DNA from: an uncultured Candidatus Kuenenia sp. | Lineage (GTDB): Bacteria > Planctomycetota > Planctomycetia > Pirellulales > UBA1268 | Direction: 5' to 3' | DNA: 36,520 nucleotides | NCBI GenBank assembly: GCA_964478275.1 | Contig: CAYZHH010000001.1 | Span: 1 to 36,520 of the forward strand | Part shown: one piece after another, positions 17,974-26,640 of the stretch | How the letters are laid out: each line of letters starts with the position of its first letter | How positions within the stretch are numbered: the stretch's first letter is position 1 | Translations under genes and position numbers: made by a program | The notes under the pieces: generated by a model | What the model was told of the DNA's origin: nothing | Seen by the model: the letters and a program-made list of their open reading frames with translations, nothing else | Databases searched by the model: none

Positions 17974-20424
17974 ATGGCCCACGTGCGAACAGACCTGGTG
18001 GCTTTCGTGCGGGTGGCGGCCGTGGCGCTGTTTGCGACAGCGTCGGTCCAGGCACAGCCGCCCGTCGATCCGCCACTCGACCCGATCCAGCGTGCCGTGG
18101 TCGAGTCGCTCGACGCGTCGCTCGCGCTGCCCGGTGGCCGCACGCCATCAAACCTGCTCGATGCGGCGATCAAGGCATTTGATGTCGGCGTGCCTGCCGC
18201 CGCCGAGCGGTACCTCGCGATGCTCGCCAATGTCGTCGATGCTGCGAAGGAGGCAGGCCCCGACATCCTGGCCGACCTGGCCGATGCGACCGACGAGGCC
18301 GCGATTCGACGGCTCGAGCGGGCCATGCTCGCCAGGCAGCCGGGCGCGGCTGGGCTCGCGAGAGGCATCCTCGAGGCTGGCCGCATGCGGCGGCGGGACG
18401 CGGGCACGCTGGCGGAAGACGTGGCGGCACTCGAAAGCCCCGTGGCGACAACACGGCTGGCTGCCGCTGAGCGACTTGTGCGGACCGGTGTGGATGCGCT
18501 CCCGGCCCTGGTCCCTGTCCTTGGCCGCGGCCCGGGCGATAACCCACGGCAGTTTCAGTTGGCCCGAGGGATCGTCGCGCGGCTGGGCGAGTCGGCCCGA
18601 CAGCCGCTGCTTGACTGGCTCGCCATCGGTGATCCCGCTGATTGGGCGGGCGTGATCGAAGCCCTCGACGCAAGCGGGTCTGACGACATCGAAGCCTTCC
18701 TTGCGGCGCCCGCGCTCGTGCCGCAAACGCCTCCGCCGACTCGGGACGCCGCCCTTCGCGTCTTGCGAAGCCGCGCCGCGGCCCGTGACAGCGACACCGC
18801 AAGCGTGCCGCCGACGCCCCGCGAGGCCGCAGCCCGCCTGGCAGCACGGCTCGATCGGCTCCTCTCGCCGGCTGGGCTGCCCCATGTCGATCATCTTTTG
18901 CTTGAGCCGATCAAAGACCCTGCGAATGCCAAAGCAGCCTTCGGAGGGAGTGTCACGGGAACGGTCGATCGACGGTTCTGGAATCCTCAGGCGCGGGTAT
19001 TCGAAGCTGTTTCGGTGCCGCCGCAGGTCGCCAGGGCCCGCGAGGCGATGCACCTCGGCCGCGACCTTCAGGCGCTCGACGTGCGGGATGAAGCGACGGT
19101 TGATCTCGTGCTCTTGGCGGGCCTCGAAACGCTCCTGGCGACGGCGGGTGATCCTGTCACCGTGCTTGATCGGGTGCCCGCTGCCGCGATCCGCCAGGCG
19201 CTCACAGGTCCAGATGGCTACTCGATTGACACGGCGGGGCGGGTGTTTGAGCAGGCAGTTGAGCGGGGCATGTGGCTTGCGGCTCGTGCCGTAGCGACGA
19301 CGCTCGCGCCCGATGGAAAAACCGTGACGGCCAAGGCGGGTGCAGCCGGCACGCTGCCACCGGCTGTCCGCGATGTGCTCGTGCGATCACTCGATGTGCC
19401 TGACGCGGCGCTCCAGTTCGCAGCGGCCCGGGCGCTCGTGCTCGCCGCCGGCATGCCACCCTACCGGGGCTCGAGCCGCGCGGTTGAAGTGCTTCTGCAT
19501 GCGGCTACCAGTACGGGCGTGGATCGTGTCGTCGTCGCCCACCCCGATGCCGAGGTGGTCCATGCGCTGGCTGCTGGCGTGTCTCGCTTTGGCTACGACC
19601 CGGTGCGCGTATCGACCGGTCGCGAGGCTGTGTTCGCCGCGCGGTCGAGCGCCGACACGGTGCTTGTGTTCGTGGCGGCGCGGATCTCGCAACCGACGGC
19701 CATCGAGACGGTGCAGTTTGTGAAGCTGCCAGCGGTGGGTGACATCCCTCCGGTCCTCGTTGTGGTCGATCCGCTCGACGATGACGCGCGGGGCAAATAC
19801 CTGACGCGGCTCCTCCTCTCCTTCTGCGACTTCGACGGCGTTGGCATCATCGACCGCCTCGACAGTCTCTTCCTGCCGAGCCTTGATCCTGAGACCGACA
19901 AGCCCAACGGGCCACCGCGATTCCCCGATCTGCTCGCGCAGACAGCGGGCCCGGCGGCGGTCGATCCGGCATCGCGGAATGCCGCAGCGGCCGCGCGACT
20001 GGCCCGTGCCCGAGAGGCTTTCTCCCTGCTTGGGCGGGTCTCCCGCCGTGGGCAAGACGCCTCGCCTGTCCTCGCGACAGCCACCCTGGCGCTTCTCCAC
20101 GAGGAGCTCTATGCCCCCGCCGCGTCGCTCCTGGCGTCGCTTCCCATGCCCGAGGCCCAAGAAGCCCTCGAGCAGGAGGCCCGCCGCAGTGACCTACCGG
20201 AATCGCTGCGGCTCGTGGCCCGTTCCGCGTTTGAGACGAGCGTGGACCGCTTTGGGATCCTCCTCGACAGCCGGGAGCTCCTCACCGCCTACGCAAGGTA
20301 CAATGAGGCCGCCGACGACACGACCCGCGGTGCGGCCGGTAGCATCCTGGATGTACTCGAGGCGGCGGGCACCACGTCCCGGGTTCGTCCATCGAATGCT
20401 CCGCCCCAGCGGCCACGCCAGTGA
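17974..20424 (+). CDS. Large exported HEAT-repeat protein with a degenerate receiver-like domain
   Basis: Signal-like [18 protein letters not shown]-like repeats ([26 protein letters not shown]; [13 protein letters not shown]). CheY-like beta/alpha segment at ~19525-19770. GAGGA precedes ATG 17974. Confidence 0.72.
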   Translation: MAHVRTDLVAFVRVAAVALFATASVQAQPPVDPPLDPIQRAVVESLDASLALPGGRTPSNLLDAAIKAFDVGVPAAAERYLAMLANVVDAAKEAGPDILADLADATDEAAIRRLERAMLARQPGAAGLARGILEAGRMRRRDAGTLAEDVAALESPVATTRLAAAERLVRTGVDALPALVPVLGRGPGDNPRQFQLARGIVARLGESARQPLLDWLAIGDPADWAGVIEALDASGSDDIEAFLAAPALVPQTPPPTRDAALRVLRSRAAARDSDTASVPPTPREAAARLAARLDRLLSPAGLPHVDHLLLEPIKDPANAKAAFGGSVTGTVDRRFWNPQARVFEAVSVPPQVARAREAMHLGRDLQALDVRDEATVDLVLLAGLETLLATAGDPVTVLDRVPAAAIRQALTGPDGYSIDTAGRVFEQAVERGMWLAARAVATTLAPDGKTVTAKAGAAGTLPPAVRDVLVRSLDVPDAALQFAAARALVLAAGMPPYRGSSRAVEVLLHAATSTGVDRVVVAHPDAEVVHALAAGVSRFGYDPVRVSTGREAVFAARSSADTVLVFVAARISQPTAIETVQFVKLPAVGDIPPVLVVVDPLDDDARGKYLTRLLLSFCDFDGVGIIDRLDSLFLPSLDPETDKPNGPPRFPDLLAQTAGPAAVDPASRNAAAAARLARAREAFSLLGRVSRRGQDASPVLATATLALLHEELYAPAASLLASLPMPEAQEALEQEARRSDLPESLRLVARSAFETSVDRFGILLDSRELLTAYARYNEAADDTTRGAAGSILDVLEAAGTTSRVRPSNAPPQRPRQ

Positions 20425-21466
20425 GCCCATCTCGGCCGCTCCGATTGCCGGCCTGATTGGGGCCAGCGCAGCGATGCTCGAGGTCTATGCCACCACCCGC
20501 CTGGTGGCGGCGTCGAATGCCTCGGTCCTCCTGCTCGGCGAGACGGGCACCGGCAAGGAGCTCATCGCCAAGGCGATCCACGAGCTCTCGCCGCGGGGTA
20601 GCGGGCCGTTTGTGCGGGTCAACTGCGGGGCCCTTTCCGAGAGCCTTCTCGAGAGCGAGCTGTTTGGCCATGTCCGCGGCGCGTTCACTGGCGCCGTCGC
20701 GAATCGCACGGGCCGATTCGAGGCGGCCCACACCGGCACGATTTTCCTCGACGAGATCAACTCCACCACGCACCACCTCCAGGTGAAGCTCTTGCGGGTG
20801 CTCCAGGAGCGGGAGTTTGAGCGAGTGGGCGACACCGAGACGATCCGGGTCGACACCCGCGTGATCGCGGCGAGCAATCGTGATCTCCTTGATGAGGTGG
20901 CCAAGGAGTCGTTTCGTGAAGACCTCTATTACCGGCTCAACGTCATCCCGATCCTGTTGCCGCCGCTGCGGTCGAGACGGGATGACATCCCGCTCCTCGT
21001 GACCCACTTCCTCGAGTTCTACAACGAGCAGAACGATCGCTACGTCGTTCACATCCAGAAGGAAGCCCTCGACGCACTCGTTCGCTACCACTGGCCGGGG
21101 AATGTTCGCGAGCTTCAAAACGTGGTCGAGCGGTGTATCGTGATGGCGCCCGGCGACGAGCTGACGCTCGGCCTCCTGCCGACGTCGATCCGTGGCGGAA
21201 GATCTGCGGCCTCGGTGCCAGGCCGCGGTGGCGACCTCGACAGCCTTGCCCGCGATCTCGTGGAACAGGGGCTGGCGACGGCCCCACCCGGCGACGACAC
21301 CCTCTTCGACCGTGTGGTCAGCCGCGTGGAGCGGGAGCTCATCGCCCAGATGCTCGCGGCCTGCGGCGGCGTCCAGCTCAAGGCGGCGGCGCGTCTCGGC
21401 ATCAATCGCAATACGCTCCGCAAGAAGCTCCTCGAGCACGGCCTCGAGGAAGGCGACACCTCATAA
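20396..21466 (+). CDS. Sigma-54-dependent enhancer-binding protein (AAA+ plus Fis HTH) with no N-terminal sensory domain
   Basis: [64 protein letters not shown] and [16 protein letters not shown]. Start is ATG 20396 or 20474. The ORF-track extension to 19841 lies inside the upstream gene. Confidence 0.93.
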   Translation: MLRPSGHASEPISAAPIAGLIGASAAMLEVYATTRLVAASNASVLLLGETGTGKELIAKAIHELSPRGSGPFVRVNCGALSESLLESELFGHVRGAFTGAVANRTGRFEAAHTGTIFLDEINSTTHHLQVKLLRVLQEREFERVGDTETIRVDTRVIAASNRDLLDEVAKESFREDLYYRLNVIPILLPPLRSRRDDIPLLVTHFLEFYNEQNDRYVVHIQKEALDALVRYHWPGNVRELQNVVERCIVMAPGDELTLGLLPTSIRGGRSAASVPGRGGDLDSLARDLVEQGLATAPPGDDTLFDRVVSRVERELIAQMLAACGGVQLKAAARLGINRNTLRKKLLEHGLEEGDTS

Positions 21467-21531
21467 CGCGGCAGTATGACGAGGCTCGCTGGTGCTCCCT
21501 TTTGCGCTCCAGCCACGGGGTTGTCGGGCCT

Positions 21532-22479
21532 TCAGGGGGGCGATGAGCCGGTCGGAATGCCGTCTTCGGCCATGTCGCGGGCATGGTAGCTCGAGCGCAC
21601 AAGCGGTCCACTGGCCACCTTGCGGAAGCCAAGCGATCGGGCAAGATGGCCCAGGTCATCGAACTCCTCCGGCGGTACGTAGCGGTCGACCGGGAGCGAC
21701 TCGAGTGTCGGCTGGAGGTACTGCCCGAGCGTGAGGTAGTCGACGCCGTGGTCGAGGAGATCGGCGAAGACGTCGAGCAGCTCCTCGCGGGTTTCGCCGA
21801 GGCCGAGCATGAGGCCGCTTTTGGTTTTGACATCAGGCATGATCCGCTTGGCCCGCGCCAAAAGCTCGAGAGTCCAGGGGTAGACGCTCTTGCGACCGCG
21901 GACGGTGCGATAGAGCCGCGGCACTGTTTCGGTGTTGTGATTGAAGACTTCGGGGCGGGATTCCATGAGCCGTTCGAGGGCGCCCTCCTTGCCGATGAAG
22001 TCAGGCACGAGTACTTCAATCGTCGCACCGGTTGCCGCACGCACTGCTTCCACGGTGAGTCGAAAATGCTCGGCGCCACCGTCGGGGAGATCGTCGCGGG
22101 TGACGCTCGTGATCACGACATAGGCCAGGCCCAGCCGCCGCGCCGCCTCGGCCACCCGCTCAGGCTCGTCGCCCTCGAGCTCCTCGGTCTTGCCGCGGGG
22201 AACCGAGCAAAAACCACACGGCCTCGTGCAGACATTGCCGAGGATCATGAACGTGGCCGTTCGCTGCGACCAGCACTCGAGCCGGTTGGGGCACTTGGCC
22301 GACGAGCAGACAGTTTCGAGGCCAAGCTCGGCGATGAGCGATGCGGTTTCACCGAGGCCGCCGCCCGGGGCGAGGTTCTGCCGCAGCCACGGAGGGAGGC
22401 GCCGCGACGGAGCCGGCGGCGCCGCGGGGGCGTCGAGCGAGATGACCGGGAGCGCGACGATCGAGGGATTATCCGACAC
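21532..22479 (-). CDS. lipA: Lipoyl synthase (radical SAM)
   Basis: CSSAKCPNRLEC (CX4CX5C), CTRPCGFC (CX3CX2C), VITSVTRDDLPDGGA, FNHNTETVPRL, TKSGLMLGLGE, GQYLQP and VRSSY. Confidence 0.97.
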   Translation of the reverse strand: MSDNPSIVALPVISLDAPAAPPAPSRRLPPWLRQNLAPGGGLGETASLIAELGLETVCSSAKCPNRLECWSQRTATFMILGNVCTRPCGFCSVPRGKTEELEGDEPERVAEAARRLGLAYVVITSVTRDDLPDGGAEHFRLTVEAVRAATGATIEVLVPDFIGKEGALERLMESRPEVFNHNTETVPRLYRTVRGRKSVYPWTLELLARAKRIMPDVKTKSGLMLGLGETREELLDVFADLLDHGVDYLTLGQYLQPTLESLPVDRYVPPEEFDDLGHLARSLGFRKVASGPLVRSSYHARDMAEDGIPTGSSPP

Positions 22480-23284
22480 GGCTCATGGGCTCCGTGGGGC
22501 GAGGGCGAAGGGCCGCAGGGGCAATCGGAAACCCTGCATGGATATGCGGTGCATCAAACCTAAAGGCATCGGCGATTGCTTCGACGAGGGCGGTGCGGGC
22601 ATCCTGAAGACGAACCCGTCGCTGGATGTCGGCTTCGACAGAGCCCATCGTGACCGGCGCGATTCCGCCAGCTGCCGTTGGGACCCGCAGGCTCGTCACG
22701 CGATGGAAGAGCTCGAGCGCGGGCGAGACATTCACAAACGCCCCGTGGGCAACGCCACCGCGGCGCACGGCAACGCCGACCGCAGCCAAGAGTCCCGTCC
22801 GCCCAAAAATGCCCGGCGTGCCCGGATGGCGGATCGGTCCGGCCTTGAGCGTGCGTAAGACCGCGGCGAGGCCGCGCTCGAATCGCTCGAGGTACTCGCC
22901 GACGTCATGCTCGCCGAGGCCGAGGTCGGCCATCGACGCGAAGAGCGACGCGCAGACCGGGCCCGGGCCGTGGAGGCCCGCGCCGCCGCCGCGACCGGTG
23001 AACCGCAGGGGAAGCTGCCGTGAGGCGAGCTCGTCGTCACCGAGGGCGATGTCGACCCGCGAGCCGAGCCTTCCGATCGTGATGCAGGGTTCCAGCTCAA
23101 ACACGATGAGCGTGGGATTGCGGCCGCCCGACGTGGTCTCGCCAGCGAGGCGTTCGGCGAGCGCGGCGTACCGCGGCCAGTCGATCCGCCCGGCGAGCCA
23201 GGCGGCAAGCGGCCGGGCGGGAACGCTGAGCGGTGACTGGGAACCAGAGAGGGGCATGTGGCTCGTGGAATTTGGTCGTGGCAT
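22469..23284 (-). CDS. LipB-like (BPL/LplA/LipB fold) protein with degenerate catalytic motifs
   Basis: ELEPCITIGR, GRGGGAGLHGPG and AAVGVAVRRGGVAHGAFVNV follow the LipB layout, and the ORF overlaps the lipA start. The canonical Lys and the PCG Cys were not seen. Confidence 0.75.
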   Translation of the reverse strand: MPRPNSTSHMPLSGSQSPLSVPARPLAAWLAGRIDWPRYAALAERLAGETTSGGRNPTLIVFELEPCITIGRLGSRVDIALGDDELASRQLPLRFTGRGGGAGLHGPGPVCASLFASMADLGLGEHDVGEYLERFERGLAAVLRTLKAGPIRHPGTPGIFGRTGLLAAVGVAVRRGGVAHGAFVNVSPALELFHRVTSLRVPTAAGGIAPVTMGSVEADIQRRVRLQDARTALVEAIADAFRFDAPHIHAGFPIAPAALRPRPTEPMSRVG

Positions 23285-23313
23285 CGTGCCGGTTGCCGGG
23301 GCGGCACCGTCAC

Positions 23314-23331
23314 TATGATAGGGCTATCATA
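23314..23331. promoter_or_regulatory. Palindrome in the divergent promoter region (bidirectional -10 or operator)
   Basis: TATGATAG-GG-CTATCATA is a perfect 8-bp inverted repeat. It offers TATGAT and TATCAT hexamers on both strands, between the LipB-like gene and the large + strand locus. Confidence 0.6.
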
Positions 23332-23375
23332 AAGCCTGGCCGACCACCCGTGCGGCCATGTCATCTGGAGGGCAT

Positions 23376-24728
23376 GTGATGCCCAGCGGCTCCGATCGCT
23401 TTGATTTCGCTGGACGTCAAGACAGCATCGACCGCGAGATTGCCGCGACCAAGGGGCGGTTCTGGCAGTTGGCCACGATGCGGCTGGCCCGCGAGATCAA
23501 TCTTGGCTGGTGGCTGGCCTCGTGGATGCCCATGGCCGTGGCCATCGGCCTGATCGGAATGGTCGCGATGCTGGTGGCACGCTGGCGCGGCGGGCACCCT
23601 GGTCTGGTCGCCACGGGAATCGCGGGGGCGCTCACCGTAGCCGCGGTGGTTGCCTGGTGGCAAGGCCGTGGTCGGTTTGAAACCGTGGCCTCGGCCCGCG
23701 TGCGACTGGAGGAGTCGCTTGGCCTCAAGGCGCGGCTCACAGCGGCGAGCGCCGGCGTGGGATCGTGGCCAGACCGGCCGTCGACAGAGTCGCTGGCGTG
23801 GCCGGTGCGGTGGCGATGGGAGCGCCCGCTCGGCTGGGCGACCGTCATCGCCGCGCTGGTGGTGCTTGCGGCGCGGGTTCCGATCGCTGATCCAGCAGCC
23901 GCGAAACCATTCCTCATCGAGAAGCCGCCAGACGCCCGCGTCGTCGAGCAATGGATGGATGCCCTCCGCCGTGAGGAGGCTGTGGACGAGCGGTCGGTCG
24001 AACGGGTTCGTGATCGCATCGCTGAACTGATGGAGAGGCCGACCGAGGCGTGGTATGAGCATGCGAGCCTCGAGGCGGCTGGCACGATCAAGGAGCAGAC
24101 GGCCGCCGACCTGCGCCAGCTTGTTGAGAACCTCACGAAGGCTGAAGCGGCTGCGGCGAAGCTTCGAGAGATGACCGACGCGGTGCCCCATGAGCTCCGC
24201 GAGCAGCTCGCCAAAGACCTGAAGCTCGCGGCCCTCGCGCTCGAGCTGGGAGGCTTCCAGCCGCCCGCGGATCTGGCGGAGCTGCTGCGTGATTTTCAGG
24301 GCCGCGACCTCGGTGATCTCTCGCCCGCGGAGTGCCGTGGCCTCTGCGAGAAGCTCGCTGAGAACAGGGATCTCTTGAAGCGGGCGCTTGCGGAGTCGCC
24401 TGAGCTCAACCTGGATGGCATCCCGATGGCAGGCGTGCCGGCAGCGGGGGGCATTGACCGCGGCCGGGGCGACGCAGAGCTCACGCTCGGCGAGGAGCAT
24501 GATCTGAAGACCACGCGGAAGGAGAAGGTCACGCAGCCACTCGACCCGGAGCGGGCGGCCCCCGACGAGCTTCTGGCGGTGATCGACGGGGAGCATGAGA
24601 TTGACGAGACGGCGTACACCGGGCCCAAGGCTGGCGGGATGGCCAAGGAGGGTGACGGTGGCACGGCCGTCGCCGTCGATGCGCTCCTACCGGCCGAGCA
24701 GGCCGTTGTCCGCCGGTTCTTTGAGTGA
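23376..24728 (+). CDS. Hypothetical membrane protein with a coiled-coil-like region and a Gly/acidic C-terminus
   Basis: About three hydrophobic segments, LEESLGLKARLTAA, a long helical Glu/Ala/Leu-rich region, GGIDRGRGDAEL and a C-terminal LPAEQAVVRRFF. GGAGG RBS before GTG 23376 or ATG 23379 (the ORF track starts at 23358). Confidence 0.8.
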   Translation: MMPSGSDRFDFAGRQDSIDREIAATKGRFWQLATMRLAREINLGWWLASWMPMAVAIGLIGMVAMLVARWRGGHPGLVATGIAGALTVAAVVAWWQGRGRFETVASARVRLEESLGLKARLTAASAGVGSWPDRPSTESLAWPVRWRWERPLGWATVIAALVVLAARVPIADPAAAKPFLIEKPPDARVVEQWMDALRREEAVDERSVERVRDRIAELMERPTEAWYEHASLEAAGTIKEQTAADLRQLVENLTKAEAAAAKLREMTDAVPHELREQLAKDLKLAALALELGGFQPPADLAELLRDFQGRDLGDLSPAECRGLCEKLAENRDLLKRALAESPELNLDGIPMAGVPAAGGIDRGRGDAELTLGEEHDLKTTRKEKVTQPLDPERAAPDELLAVIDGEHEIDETAYTGPKAGGMAKEGDGGTAVAVDALLPAEQAVVRRFFE

Positions 24729-24732
24729 CACG

Positions 24733-25110
24733 ATGGGCGACAACGGCCACGACACGACGGCTGTGAAGTGCCCGCGGCTGCGGTGGTGGCAAGATCCGAG
24801 GTGGATCGCTTCGGGCGTCATCGCCGCGACGATCGTTTTTCTGCTGTGGGGACTCTTTGGCCCCGAGGCGGCGATCCGAGTCTCGCGGGAGACGACCTAC
24901 CTCACCGAGCCGCTCGCCGCCGACGGCTTGCCGCGACTACCGCGCGGCGCTGCTCGCGATGGCTGGCCCCGCACCGCCGCCGGAGGAGAACGCAGTGGCC
25001 GCGCTGCTCCAGGTGTGCTGGCCGATGCGGATTGATGAAGCCGACTTGCCGAATGTGCTGCGCCGCGCTCGGGATTCCAAGTGAACCGCCGGCCGATCCC
25101 CTGCGGGATG
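24733..25110 (+). pseudogene. Truncated, frameshifted 5' paralogue of the 26641..28314 gene
   Basis: Reads MGDNGH...WIASGVIAATIVFLLWGLFGPEAAIRVSRETTYLTEPLAADGLP, then a +1 insertion (~24933), DYRAALLAMAGPAPPPEENA..., a second +1 insertion (~25057), then CAALGIPSEPPADPLR. Similarity ends ~45 bp before the PIN gene stop. Confidence 0.82.
24833..25024 (+). repeat. Direct repeat copy 1 (partner 26750..26940)
   Basis: 24833-24932 equals 26750-26849 exactly (100 bp). 24935-25024 versus 26851-26940 has 2 mismatches in 90 bp. Confidence 0.92.
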
Positions 25111-25152
25111 AATCACCGCGGGCGTGGCTCATTCTCTGGGCGACACAGCCGC

Positions 25153-25638
25153 TCATTCGCCAACGAGCGCTAGGCTTCTGTCGAGAACGTCGCGGCCGAG
25201 GTACATCCCGCCGCCGACGAGGTCTTCGAGGACGGGGCGAGCGGCGGCGATCAATCCTTGTCTTCGAGCGCGGAGCACGATTCCGAGCGTGCCGATGACG
25301 GGCACGCCCGAGGCAGAAGCACATTTTCGGCCGGCCAAGTCGTCAATGACGGCCACCAGCCCCGGGTTTTCAATCGCTACGGCAATGACACTCGTCTCTC
25401 CCGGCCCGAGTGCCCATCCGGCCACGTGTTCAGGCACTTTTGTTGATTCTACCACCGTAAGCCATACGTTGTTGGCGAGTGCCCTTACAGTTGGATCACT
25501 GTCGCCACGATGCGCTATCTCATCGGCCACCGGGCGTGGTATGAGCAGGGGACTCCCCATGATTCGCAGGAGGTCGAGGTGGCCGCCGCGTGCCAGAAAA
25601 ATCAGCGGCGACGCGTTCACCACGCAGCCGTCAGTCAT
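25153..25638 (-). CDS. DUF3368-family PIN-domain protein (putative toxin)
   Basis: VVNASPLIFLAR, IPRPVADEI, LGPGETSVIAVA, VIDDLAGRKCA and GTLGIVLRARRQGLI. ATG 25638 overlaps the UPF0175 stop (ATGACTGA). Confidence 0.87.
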   Translation of the reverse strand: MTDGCVVNASPLIFLARGGHLDLLRIMGSPLLIPRPVADEIAHRGDSDPTVRALANNVWLTVVESTKVPEHVAGWALGPGETSVIAVAIENPGLVAVIDDLAGRKCASASGVPVIGTLGIVLRARRQGLIAAARPVLEDLVGGGMYLGRDVLDRSLALVGE

Positions 25639-25882
25639 CGCCGATCTCCCGCCGGAGATCCGCGAGATCGACCTTAAACACATCCTCGCCGTGCCGGGCC
25701 AGCGCGAGGAGGAAGTCTGTACGATCGAGTCCCGCTACCTGAGCGGCCACTTCCTGCGACACGGTGCCCCTTCGATACCAATTCATCGCTGCGGCCAACC
25801 GCAGCTCGGCGCCGAAACGAACCGGCTCTTCACGGAGTACGGCGAGCACTTCGTCGGGCATCTGAAGTGTCACGGTGGTCAA
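25631..25882 (-). CDS. UPF0175-family protein (putative antitoxin)
   Basis: (M)TTVTLQMPDEV...ELRLAAAMNWYRRGTVSQEVAAQVAGLDRTDFLLALARHG...LADLRREI. TTG start inferred. Coupled to the PIN gene. Confidence 0.85.
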   Translation of the reverse strand: MTTVTLQMPDEVLAVLREEPVRFGAELRLAAAMNWYRRGTVSQEVAAQVAGLDRTDFLLALARHGEDVFKVDLADLRREIGDD

Positions 25883-25933
25883 CGGAGCATCGCTTTCTTG
25901 GGGGACTCTCTTGAGGTGACGGCTTCCCACCGA

Positions 25934-25963
25934 AGAATAGGCCGGGCAGCCGCACATCCGCAA
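25934..25963 (-). promoter_or_regulatory. Candidate sigma70 promoter for the UPF0175/PIN pair
   Basis: TTGCGG-N18-TATTCT on the - strand, ~50 bp upstream of the inferred start. Confidence 0.4.
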
Positions 25964-26048
25964 CAGTGGGAGGACTGATCAGAACGGAAAGAGAGACAAG
26001 GCGAGCATTGCCGTGTGCATCTGGGTGCGAACGACAGGGAGAATGCGC

Positions 26049-26093
26049 TGGACAGACCCGCGCCCAGTATGTACAGTATCGCGTACATACTGG
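26049..26093 (+). promoter_or_regulatory. yefM-yoeB promoter and autoregulatory operator
   Basis: TGGACA-N17-TACAGT (26049-26077). Perfect 11-bp inverted repeat CCAGTATGTAC-N8-GTACATACTGG (26064-26093). TGTACA and CGTACA cores lie 12 bp apart, as in the E. coli YefM operator. Confidence 0.82.
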
Positions 26094-26104
26094 AGGCTGC
26101 GCTG

Positions 26105-26356
26105 ATGGACGCCATTACCTACACCACCGCTCGCGCCAACCTGGCTCACACCATGAATCGGGTGTGCGATGACCACGAACCGCTGATCATTACCCGCAAC
26201 GGTCAGCAATCCGTGGTGATGATGTCGCTCGAGGACTTCAAGGCCCTCGAGGAAACGGCGTACCTGCTCCGCGGCCCCAAAAATGCCAAGCGACTCCTCG
26301 AAGCCATTGCCAGCCTCGATGGCGGCCACGGGAAGGAGCGGAGACTCGCGGAATGA
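26105..26356 (+). CDS. yefM: YefM (Phd family) antitoxin
   Basis: MDAITYTTARANLAHTMNRVCDDHEPLIITR...VVMMSLEDFKALEETAYLLRGPKNAKRLLEAIASL. GGAGG RBS. ATGA overlap with yoeB. Confidence 0.95.
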   Translation: MDAITYTTARANLAHTMNRVCDDHEPLIITRNGQQSVVMMSLEDFKALEETAYLLRGPKNAKRLLEAIASLDGGHGKERRLAE

Positions 26357-26607
26357 AGCTAATCTTTGCGGAGCACGCGTGGGAGGACTACCTCCGCTGG
26401 CAGGAAACCGACAAGAAATTACTCGCCCGCATCAACGCCCTGATCAAAGAAACCACACAGACCCCGTTTCAAGGAACCGGCAAGCCTGAAGCATTGAAGC
26501 ACGCGATCGCTGGATACTGGTCCCGCCGAATGAATGACGAGCACCGCATGGTCTACATGGTCGATGGTGACTCGCTCCTGATCGCTCAACTTCGTTATCA
26601 CTACTGA
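26353..26607 (+). CDS. yoeB: YoeB/Txe-family mRNA interferase toxin
   Basis: AWEDYLRWQETDKKLLARINALIKE...PFQGTGKPEALKH...YWSRRMNDEHRMVY...QLRYHY, with the catalytic E, R, H and Y residues retained. Confidence 0.96.
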   Translation: MKLIFAEHAWEDYLRWQETDKKLLARINALIKETTQTPFQGTGKPEALKHAIAGYWSRRMNDEHRMVYMVDGDSLLIAQLRYHY

Positions 26608-26640
26608 GCGCACCACACCTAAGCTTGAGGACGTGACACC

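Noticed and set aside
19841-20395. Apparent N-terminal domain on the sigma-54 activator
   Set aside because: It is an Arg/Pro/Ser-rich off-frame reading inside the HEAT-repeat gene, not a real domain.
21467-21531. Intrinsic terminator between the convergent activator and lipA
   Set aside because: Only a weak interrupted stem with no following U-tract on either strand.
24920-25070. Programmed frameshifting in the duplicated gene
   Set aside because: There are two separate +1 insertions, no slippery run, and the gene is truncated anyway. Decay or sequencing error is simpler.
25124-25978. 284-aa + strand ORF as a continuation of the pseudogene
   Set aside because: It is antisense to the PIN/UPF0175 pair and shows no similarity to the 26641 protein.
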